NCBI GenBank assembly: GCA_964016885.1
Contig: OZ024743.1
Coordinates: forward strand, 188,976,001-189,040,000
DNA length: 64,000 nucleotides
Direction of reading: 5' to 3'
Origin: Eledone cirrhosa
Taxonomy: Eukaryota
The notes under the pieces are model-generated. The model was not told the origin of the DNA, did not search any database, and worked only from the letters and a program-made list of their open reading frames with translations. The position numbers and the translations under genes were made by a program. Below are positions 41,124-51,499 of this stretch, in pieces; position 1 is the first letter of the stretch, and every line of letters begins with the position of its first letter.

Positions 41124-43255
41124 AATAGAAAACGAAAAATCAGTGATGCATCTGAACTCAATTTATTGTGTGTTACAATTGTTTCGCCGGCGGACAGCTC
41201 AAGACGTGATCATTGTGTGGATCTGTCTGACTCTGGACCCGCAGGTTCGACGGACACGTCTAATGATTTCGAAGCATATTCTCTCACTGGGGTATCTGAC
41301 CCTCTGGGCCAGTATCGTCAAAAATTTCATCCTCTTTGCGTGTCCTGTGATTGGTCGCTGGTTGTCTACGTCATCATAATTCTGACCACAGGTTCCAGTC
41401 TGCTGACCATCAGGGCATTGTCTGTCCCATGTCTGCTACACTTCAATAAATTACTGCTGTGTTTGGTAGTTTACACATCCACGCGCGCACTCAGACACAC
41501 ACACATAATCACATAGATAACGACAGTCGTACGCATAGACTCCCGCTATACACACACATTTAAGGAGAACATATAAATATATGCATACATGCATCCAGAG
41601 AGGCATGTACATACACAGACACATGCGCACTTGCCTATATACATCAACATACACACACGTGTGCATATACATGCATACGCGTATATATACCCATACACAC
41701 AAACACGTACAGACATATACATATACCACCCTCCACACACGCACACACATATACACACATACCCAAATACATATATACGTGCACAGCTACACACTCACTC
41801 GCAAACACATATATATTCACAAACAAGCCCTTTCCCTACAGGGGCGCTTGTACACACACACACACACTGGCTCATATACACTCCTACAAATATGTGCATA
41901 TTCACATCACACCCACGCACGCATAAAAAAAAATATATATACATAAATAGAATATATACACAAAGTCATATAAAGATACACAATGGGTCATACATGAAAG
42001 GATGCATCTTGTTATAAACATGCACATACATAGAAAATACATATATGCATATACATGAAAATACATATATGCATATACATATATATAAAAAAGTATAAAA
42101 TATATTAAAAATATACATATAACGGCACATAGAGATACACAGTGTTCTATACATGAAAGGGTGCGCCCAGTTGTATGTGTCTACAGAGATGTTACGTTGC
42201 GATCATGGATCAATCCACATATGGAATCTTCCCGCAAAGCCACATAATGGGGGTTCATGGTATTACAGTTAGTAGTATGCGCAGACCGTACATAGAAAAT
42301 GCGTGCAGAATATATATTAAAAAAAGGAGGAACGTGTATGCATATGAGATAGTACACAAGAGAAGTATGAGATACACACGTGGGTCTGTATATGGAAAAT
42401 ACATTAGGTGTTACAAAATGGAATGCATAGAGAGTATGCACTCTCTACTGAAAAGATACACATGCAAGGGGGTGTGTGGACCAGCCATACTGGAGTATGT
42501 CACTGTGGTTGAGGTATAGTTTCTTATTGATGTAAGGCACTGGACTGAATATCAATGGAATCCAGGTCAACCTGTCTTGGCTCAGGCGATGTTCTTGCCT
42601 AGGGTGACATGCAGAATCGGGTGGGCATCCTGGGTTATTTTGGCTTACCCCATGAGGCATATATAGTCAACAGGGTATGGTGTCTGATCTCTTGAACCCG
42701 TTTTACCGTTCTGGTTGGCGTGCACTCCACCGCATGCCTTTAGCTTGCGCTGCCCGGTGGATTCCATGCAGAGAGTGTGCACCTTCTCTGGTGTCTGCAC
42801 GTCATAATTATTTCCGATTTCAGGATGACCGCATCATCCTTCAGTCTGACTATCTCCTTGGCCTCGGATAGGCATAGCCAACATTTTCTATTTCCAGCCA
42901 AATATGCATTCATGTGCCAAACGATACTCCAGCTGAGGGCATACGGAGTGCCTTTGTCTTTCAAGTCCCACACCAAGTCTGCTAGCCTAGTAGAGTGCCT
43001 CTTGGTCCGATCCTTGAAAGAGTTTGTGTGGTTATACATCCGCGATTTAAAGGTTGTGGATGTTGCGCCGATGTAGGTGCGCTTTATAGTGTGCATGCTA
43101 ACCACACATTTATATACCAAGCCCTTCGTTAGGCATCTTCCTTGCAGGGGGCACAGTGTGCCCGCTCTGCAGTTGCACATTCTGTCGTTCATTATATTGT
43201 TCATTTCGGACGCCTGGCCCTTGATATGTCACGGCCTTCTCCCAGTTCCCTGGGT
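41124..43255 (-). mobile_element. 5'-truncated Penelope-like element with Naiad-type GIY-YIG and long 3' region
   Basis: ORF 42740..43204: CNCR-x4-CPL-x-G-x-C, LVY...YIG-x-T...FK-x-R...H, C-x-LC, CRH. Decayed HHR and AATAAA at ~41162-41413. Confidence 0.72.
42740..43204 (-). CDS. GIY-YIG endonuclease domain (PLE C-terminus, fragment)
   Basis: GLVY...TYIG motif pair, conserved R/H/E residues and Cys clusters. Confidence 0.8.
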   Translation of the reverse strand: MNNIMNDRMCNCRAGTLCPLQGRCLTKGLVYKCVVSMHTIKRTYIGATSTTFKSRMYNHTNSFKDRTKRHSTRLADLVWDLKDKGTPYALSWSIVWHMNAYLAGNRKCWLCLSEAKEIVRLKDDAVILKSEIIMTCRHQRRCTLSAWNPPGSAS

Positions 43256-44474
43256 GTTGATGTGTGTGTATGTATATATATATGATGATGATTATATATA
43301 TATAATTAGTTACATATGTATATTTAGATATATATATAATCCACTCTCAATGTGGGCATACCGAAAGGTAGACCTGAAGAAATTGTGGATTTGCTTGAGA
43401 GGTAATGAGTGGATGTATGTTATTTTCAACAAATGAGATGAAAGGGTGTCTCAGCAAGACTACTCATAGACATACAAGGTAGATATAGGATTTTCTTGGT
43501 AGATGTGATGATGTAGTGGGTGGGGTAGGCATTCTAATATCTGACAAGTGGATAGTTAAATTAATTAAGTTAGTTAGAGTGACAGAAATATCAATCTCCA
43601 TATAGTCATAGACAATAGAGTGATGACAATTCTCTACCTGTGAACCACAAGTAGACCGGAGTAAAGAAGTAGACTATTTCAAGACAACCTCAGTTACTGA
43701 TGACAGAAACCTCATCATCCAAGTAGGCTACTTCAATGGACATTTAGGAATGCACCACAAGTTTGGTTACACCAGTCTACGCTATGGCTATGGCTTGAGA
43801 TATGAAAAGGGAATGAGGCTCCTTGAATCTGTGATGCAAATGAACTAGCCATTTGCAACACTAACTCTAGGAAAGCAGTCAGCCACCTATTCACATTTCA
43901 ATCAGGTGAACACATAAGTCAGATTGAGCTTGTGCTTGTTAGAAAACGAGATAGACAGATGTTTATAAATTTTAAGATCTTTCCTGGAGATGAAAGCACT
44001 GCTATTATTTGAAACTAAACAATTGACAATTTAGGAAATATGATAGAAAATAATCAAACAAATACACAGCCATGTTTACCGTATAACATGTCTGAAATAA
44101 AACTATTTACTATTTAGATAGAATGGACCTTTTTTGGTTTTGATAATGAGATTTCCAGTTGTTAATCAACAGAACAGACTGTACCATTAAAGTACTCCTT
44201 AGGAGGATCAACATGACACTGTGACCCTATATATATATATAAACAAGTCTGGCCTTTCAAATTATAGGTACACTCAAACTAATGGACTTCACAATAGTTT
44301 CTATCCACCAAATTTCACTCACAAGGCCTGGATCAACCTGTCGCTATGGTAAATAATACCTAGCTACGATGTCTTGCAATAAGATCACAACTGGGACCTA
44401 ATGATTGTGAAAAAAAACCTTCTTAAACATTCAGCTATGTTATGTCCACATGTGTTAGTGTGTTTGGGTGTGTA

Positions 44475-44544
<70 letters not shown>

Positions 44545-44719
44545 GCTAGCATTCATAGGAATGAATATAAGAGAAATAGAAAAAAGGTTATTTTAATATT
44601 TCACACATGTCTTTCCCTCAAAAATGAAGAGAGAGAAAATATGAGTAAAAAATAAAAAATAACTGAATGCTAATCCATGTTTATGTTTACATTGTAATCA
44701 TTTTGTATTTATTAAGAGA

Positions 44720-44912
44720 TAATAATTGTTTCTACTTTTGGCACAAGGCCAGCAATTATCCCAGTGTATTACTGGTACTTTATTTTATCGACCCCGTAAG
44801 GATGAAAGGCAAAGTTAACCTCGGCGGGTTTTGAACTCAGATCATACAGGGCCGTAACTCTTTGCTGCAAAGCATGGCGTCCGGCCCTCTACTGATACTG
44901 CCAATCCATCAA
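44720..44912 (-). mobile_element. tRNA-derived SINE (family A), near complete
   Basis: Minus strand: TGGATTGGCAGTATCAGTAGAG...GAGTTCAAAACC B-box...GGGGTCGATAAAATAAAGTACCAGT...AGTAGAAACAATTATTA. Confidence 0.85.
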
Positions 44913-46789
44913 TGAAGAGGAAAATGTCTTTCAATACCCAGAAAGCAAATGGGAAAGGTGTGGGTGTGTGTGTGTGTGGGGGGGGGGGTGATTATATGCT
45001 TGTGCATGCATGTGAGAGTTGTTCGTGTGGGTATATATGTTAGTTTTAGTGTATATGTGTGTGAGGGTATATGTCTGTCCATTTGCAATAAGTATGTATA
45101 TGTGATGTTTTTGTTTTGAATGTCCTTTTGAGTTGTGTTTATGTGTATGTGTGTGAGGAGATAAGCTGAATGAAAAAGATGTTCATGTGTATATTTTTAT
45201 GTTGGGTTGTATATTTAGTGTGCATACCATATTACCATGTGTGTGTGTGTGTGTGTGAAAAAATACCAGGAATGTGTTAAGGAAAAAAGTGTTGGTAAGT
45301 ACAACTGTAGGGAAGAGGTAAATTTAGAGAAAGCAGATTAATTCTTTTAGTTGGTTCATTTGTGAATACACTCAGAGGGGGGGAAGAGAGAGGGAGAGAG
45401 AAATATGTCTGCTGAGATCGCTATAGAGAAACAACTATAAGTAATTGTAGTGTCTTTCTGACATTTTTAATAGAAGAAATTATTAAAATCAATATGCTTA
45501 TATTGATTAAGCAGTCTATCAATAAATATCAATATTTCTGCCTGATTGGGCATTTTCAGCACAGAATTAGTCTGCAGAACACTAAAGGATTGAAATCATC
45601 ATCATCGTTTAACATCCATTTTCCATGCTAGCATGGGTTAGATGGGTTGTCCCATTAGAGGCAAGTTAGGTCAGGTGACCATGTCACATAGAACTGTTTA
45701 TGGCTAGGTTTCTATGGATGGATGCCCTTCCAAATGCCAACCACATTTACAGTGTGTGGTACGTGCTTTTTGTCATGACTTCTACATGAACAGTTTACAG
45801 TCTGGGCTGGGTGCTTTTTGTCACGACTTCTACGTGAACACTTTACAGTGTGGGCTGGGTGCATTTTGTCATGACACTTATGCAATGTTCTCTGCAAAAT
45901 CAAGAATTTAGTGAACTATCTTTGTTCAGGCTGAACAAGGTTGGATGCCAAATAGATTGTACCAGGGAGCTGAGATGATTAAATATGGAGCCTTACCTCT
46001 GAGCCAAATGTCACAGAGGTGTTGCATATATCAATAGGCAAAATACTGTCCAGTTTTTCCATCGTATAAAAAGCTGCAGAAATAGAATTTGGACAATATA
46101 TTAGATTGATAGATTTACAGCTATACATCTCCATCAGATCTTACTGCTGAAGGATAAAGTGGCGTAGCAGGGGAAAAGAAAGGTGGTTGGAAATAGGGAA
46201 GATACAGGCTGAAAGAGTGTAGTTGTGTTCAATTTCACAGGCAGAGATGAGGTTTGCTTGGACTAGGATGAAGGTCAATTTTCCTCACTCCAGTTAAGTG
46301 AAAAGCTGGATAGTGTGTTGTGATTGGGTCTCAAAATCGTTGTCAGAGCTACAAAAATGATGGAAACAGAAGAATTTGTAGGGAGTGGTGTGGGCAAAGT
46401 AGGAGGGTGGAGTTAAGATTTAGAAAAAAATTAGTAGATTTATAAAAAGTGAAGGTAGTGAGAGTAATGTTATGGCTGGTTGATCGGGAGAGAGATACCC
46501 AGAAACTTAATAGATATGTTGGAGATGATAGAAGTAATTTCAAGAGAAGTGTGGAAAGAGTTGACAAAATGGTGAATGAGAAAAGGAAAGTCTGGTAGGG
46601 ATAATAACAAATATCTAGAAGAAATGCGAATATATATGGCTTAGTGTTTAGATAATTGGATTTGCAATCATAAGGTTGTGTGTGCGATTCCCAGAAAGGG
46701 AGAAGTGTTATATCCTTAAGCAAGACACTTTATTTCACATTGCTTTTTCTGTCAGGAGTCGCAAACTGTAGATAATATCAGCAATGGAA

Positions 46790-47492
46790 ATACCAATGGA
46801 AATACAAAGGTGTCATACTGAATAACTGACATAGTAACATCATTGTCAAATGCTACAAGAGTAAAGAAGACACACTAGTGAGAAGCAATTACAGAGGAAT
46901 CAAATTGTTAGAACTTGTTATGAAGGTTACAGAAAGAGTGATATCAGAATTAATTAGAAATAAAATTAATCTTGTTGGAAGACGCACTAATGATGTCATC
47001 TGAATGAGACAAAAGTAGCAGAAGTACTTAGCTTTGAAGTCCCTGTGCTTAGTACTTGACCTGAAGATGGCCTTTCATGGAATCACATACTCTCTAATAT
47101 GTGGGTACTCAAGAAGCTAAGGATAGATAAGTGGCTTGTGAGAGCTGTACAAGTCAATATATCAGTGCAATCAGCAAAGTGAGGGATAAAAATGTGTACA
47201 GTAATGAATTCAGTGAGTGGGTAGGAGTCAACTGAGTATCAGTTCTCAGACACTTCTTGTTTATTAGAAATTAGTCCATTAGAAATTCAAGACTAGATGT
47301 CCATGAGAACTCCTTTAAGTTAACGATCTAATTTTTATATAAAAAAACAGTTGAAGAAATAAGGCAGAAGTTCCAGATATGGAAACAAAATCTGAAATGT
47401 AAGAGCTTCAAAGTACACCTAGAAAATACTTAAACAATTTTATAAGTAGGAAAGAGCATAGCATTCTGATACCCTAAAGTAAATGGTCATGT
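46790..47492 (+). pseudogene. Highly decayed RTE-type RT remnant
   Basis: NYRGIKLLE...KVTERVI and DLKMAF-like fragments with many stops. Confidence 0.55.
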
Positions 47493-47505
47493 GCATATAT
47501 ATATA

Positions 47506-47828
47506 GAGGCACATGGCTTACTGGTTAGAGCATTGGCCTTGCAATCGAAAGGTTGTGAGTTCAATTCTCAGACCGAGTGATGTGTTGTTTCCCTGAGCAA
47601 GACACTTTATTTCACGTTGCTCCAGTTTACTCAGCTGTAGAAATGAGATGATAGGGACTGGGGTCCATATCATTCCACTGCAAAGTGGTCGTGGAGATGC
47701 CACGAAAAAAAAAGCACTCAGCACTCACTGTAAATGAGGTTGGTGTTGAGAAGGGCATCCAGCTGTAGAAATCAAGCCAGAATCAGTTCCCGTCCCACCC
47801 TTGCAAGCAGAATGAAATGAATGAAATG

Positions 47829-47829
<1 letters not shown>
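47506..47829 (+). mobile_element. tRNA-derived CORE-like SINE (family B)
   Basis: TGGCTTACTGGTTAGAGC A-box, GAGTTCAATTC B-box, CTGAGCAAGACACTT core; tail shared with RTE family B. Confidence 0.85.
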
Positions 47830-47896
<67 letters not shown>

Positions 47897-49056
47897 TCAT
47901 CATCATCATCATATATATATGAATATGTGTGTTTGTCTCCTTATGTGTCCTATTTGACATCGTTTTCATAAATGAGGATGTTTGTTTATATCCTATACTA
48001 ACAATATCCTGCAGCATAGCAGTTCTGCATGGGAAAATTGGAACTTTACATGAAAATAGGTAAAAGGCAGTACCAAGAAAATCACTGCTTTAAAAATGTC
48101 TTGTCTAACCTATGCCAGCATAGAAAGGTGGATGTAAAAATGTCAATCATGGTGATCATGATAATGGTGATGAGAAAATATATAAATATTTCCAATTTGT
48201 TTACAAAATAATCTAAAAATTTTTTAATGATTTATAAGAAAATATCTTAATGTAAGTTTGTTAATTGAAATGTGTATAGTATCTTGACTATTGGATAGAT
48301 TGTGGTGAAGATTTGCAGTATTTGAGTAATGATTTTCATGGTTAATGAGATGAGTCATAATGCTGTTTTGTACTTTACAAGAATGGGATTTCAATGTGAA
48401 GTCATGTTTTGTACTTTCCAAGAATGCCTTGCTAATATAGTTTCATGCAATGTAGGACATTATAAATTAAGGCTTTAAACTCATTGCAGTTTAAACTGAA
48501 CTCATTCCACGAAAATCTAATTTACTGTTGTTCAATACTTAACATTCCTTAGATTGTATGCAGCTGTTGTTTGGAACTACATTACTTGATATACAAGTAT
48601 AATGACTTTCTAGTCGTTTCTGATGTATTCTGCTCCAGTAAGCTTGTTTAAGCTAACTTTCCTGACATGTGAAAGGTATATTCTTGCCAAAGATGGTGCC
48701 TATATTTAGTTCATACATATAAATAGATGTTTATGTCTTTGTATATCTAGCACTCACTCTTTCCCCCTCTTTCTCTCTCTCAATGTATAGATATATTTAT
48801 ACACATAATATATTAAATGATGATGATAATGATGATAGTCATGTATAAGTTGAACTTTTACTTGGAAAATACAATCTCAAAAGATAGCAGGCGACTCATG
48901 TACCATTGTAGATCATACAGAAGTATATATATACATATATATATAAATGGAATAGAATGAAACGAAATTTCATTTCTCACTCTTAGTACGGCACTTACTT
49001 AAATGTAAGTATGTATGTATACGTACATACATATATGTATACAGACGTACAGTAGC

Positions 49057-49109
<53 letters not shown>

Positions 49110-49262
49110 CAGGCACACATATATATATGCACGTACGTATCAGTTTACCGAACATTTATTATAATGTTCGCTTTGTTCGTTTGTAAACAAACGGACAGCC
49201 TGATTTACGCCGTACAATGTTCAGGCAACCACGTCACCTTTTTGTTCAACACTGACACAGGA

Positions 49263-49305
49263 ACGATGTACTAGTTTCAAGCTTGTTAGCTTTCGTCAGC
49301 ACCAT
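49263..49305 (-). ncRNA. Type I hammerhead ribozyme, apparently intact
   Basis: atggtg CTGACGA aagct aaca agctt GAAA ctag TA catcgt. GUA triplet; predicted cleavage between 49269 and 49268. Confidence 0.85.
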
Positions 49306-49711
49306 ATACCTTTCTGCCAGATGGTTGAACGTTCGAAAGTATATACTTTCCTTATGAAAATTAACGGCTGAGCAGCCTAATTTGCATATCGAGTGAGTTC
49401 AGTCGGCCAGGCACACCGAAAACGATAAATGGAATAGAATGAAACGAAATTTCATTTCTCACTCTTAGTACGGCACTTACTTAAATGTAAGTATGTATGT
49501 ATACGTACATACATATATGTATACAGACGTACAGTAGCATGTATATATATATATATACATACAGACACACATATATATATGCACGTATCGGTTTACCGAA
49601 CATTTATTATAATGTTCGCTTTGTTCGTTTGTAAACAAATGGACAGCCTGATTTACGCCGTACAGTGTTCAGGCCACCACGTCACCTTTTTGTTCAACAC
49701 TGACACAGGAA

Positions 49712-49752
49712 CGATGTACTAGTTTCAAGCTTGTTAGCTATCGTCAGCACCG
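49712..49752 (-). ncRNA. Type I hammerhead ribozyme (second tandem unit)
   Basis: cggtg CTGACGA tagct aaca agctt GAAA ctag TA catcg. U.U mismatch at the base of stem II; predicted cleavage between 49717 and 49716. Confidence 0.8.
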
Positions 49753-49954
49753 AATACCTTTCTGCCAGATGGTTGAACGTTAGAAAGTATATACTTTCCT
49801 TATGAAAATTAACGGCTGAGCAGCCTAATTTGCATATCGAGTGAGTTCAGTCGGCCAGGCGCACCGAAAACGATAAATGGAATAGAAGGAAATATATATA
49901 TATATTGAAAGGATAACAAGGACGATTGGTTACTCCTTCATTACGTTTATTGGT

Positions 49955-50041
49955 AGGTGATGCGCGTTTCGCCACTGATCAGCTCAAGGTTCGATCTGTA
50001 TCGATCCTACCCAACTCAATGATCGGCAGCTCGACGGACCC
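49955..50041 (-). ncRNA. Decayed hammerhead motif with extended stem II
   Basis: gggt CCGTCGA gctgccgatca [~38 nt] tgatcagtggc GAAA cgcgca TC acct, then AATAAA. Two mismatches in the core. Confidence 0.5.
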
Positions 50042-50589
50042 TTTAAAATACTATAAGAAAATGTATATATATATATATAATTATAACGAGCCAGGCATAT
50101 ATATGTATATAATATAACACCAAATCATACCCGATTACAAGTGACTGCCAATGAAAGAAAGGAATATACATATAAACACATACATTTATATATATATATA
50201 CGTATATAGGTTCATCTATGTGAGGTATGTATTCATGCATATATATTATGTTGTCATAGAAATAGGTATTTACATTTCTTCAATAATCCCACTGGCAAAA
50301 GTTTTATGATCTGTACAACAGGTAATGTTTACATATATCCAGATTGTTCAAGTTAGCCATCAGTGTAATATATTCCAAATAATGATGAAAGTTTAAAATG
50401 CTGTGAAACATGCTATTGATTTAAACAACTCTGATAATACTTGGCTGGCATAATATCTCTTAGTATGAAATTGCTTAACCTTTCCTTTCTGTATAGATAA
50501 AATTCATGGTAAGAAGAAATTTGTCTCATGCATGATTGCATGGAAAGAAAATGAAAAACATTAAAAGCATACCAGGAATTATTTGGTGA

Positions 50590-51040
50590 TAATTGTAGCT
50601 GGAGGTGGTGGTGGGGGTGTGAGGGATAGTAGTAGAAGGATGTGGAAGGTTGTGATGGAGGTGAAAGTTTGTGGAAATGCCAAAGGTGGTTTGGGTGAAG
50701 GTAGTGGTTTTAGTGATTGTGGTAATTATGATGATGGTGGTTGTGGTCACAGCTGTGGCTTTGGTGATGGTGGTGGTTGAGGTGATGGTGATGGTTGTGT
50801 TTCTGGTGATAAGGATGTTTGTTGTGATGGTGGTAGTTGTGGTGATGCTAGTGGTAATGATGATGATAGTGGTAGTTGTGATGATGGTGTTGGTTGTGAT
50901 GATGTAGGTGGTGGTTGTGGTAATAGTTGTGGTTTTGGTGATGGTTGTGTTTGTGGTGATTGTGTTGGTTATGGTGATGTTGGTTATGGTTGTGGTGGTG
51001 GTGGTGGTTATGATGTTAGTTGTTAGGATGATGATAATGT
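50590..51040. repeat. Degenerate (GGT/GAT/GTT)n trinucleotide low-complexity tract
   Basis: Read directly; explains the Thr/Val-rich ORFs. Confidence 0.9.
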
Positions 51041-51149
51041 CACTCTTGCTTTTTGTTTTTGTCCTCACCAACAGAACTATCACAACAATAAATCTTCAAG
51101 AGAGCTTTTATGTAATCACTCGAATCAGCAGAAATAGCTGCCCTGTGAG

Positions 51150-51499
51150 ATCATCATCATCATCATCATCATTTCATTTTACGTCCACTTTTCCCTGCTT
51201 GCAAGGATGGGACGGGAACTGATTCTGGCTTGATTTCTACAGCTGGATGCCCTTCCTAACACCAACCTCATTTACAGTGAGTGCTGGGTGCTTTTTTGCC
51301 ATGGCACCTCCACGACCACTTTGCAGTGGAATGATAGAGACCCCAGTCCCTATCATCTCATTTCTACAGCTGAGTAAACTGGAGCAATGTGAAATAAAGT
51401 CTCTTGCTCAAGGAAACAACACATCACCCGGTCTGAGAATTGAACTCACAACCTTTCGATTGCAAGGCCAATGCTCTAACCACTAAGCCATGTGCCTCC
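51150..51499 (-). mobile_element. tRNA-derived CORE-like SINE (family B)
   Basis: Close reverse complement of 47506-47829, with (TGA)n tail. Confidence 0.88.

Larger units (their letters stand above)
48943..49887 (-). mobile_element. Head-to-tail tandem with one HHR per unit: candidate non-LTR retrozyme / non-autonomous PLE derivative
   Basis: ATAAATGGAATAGAA recurs at 48943, 49425 and 49873. Units are 482 and 448 bp and differ mainly in internal (TA)n length. Confidence 0.8.

Noticed and set aside
42500-42740. SECIS element downstream of the Naiad-type ORF
   Set aside because: No in-frame TGA in the fragment and no AUGA...AA...GA stem found by eye.
47506-47580. tRNA genes (also 44840-44912 and 51425-51499)
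   Set aside because: A and B boxes belong to SINE heads that continue into SINE bodies; no complete cloverleaf.
50526-51222. Mucin-like Thr-rich or Val-rich proteins
   Set aside because: Degenerate trinucleotide repeat open in several frames, with no exon context.
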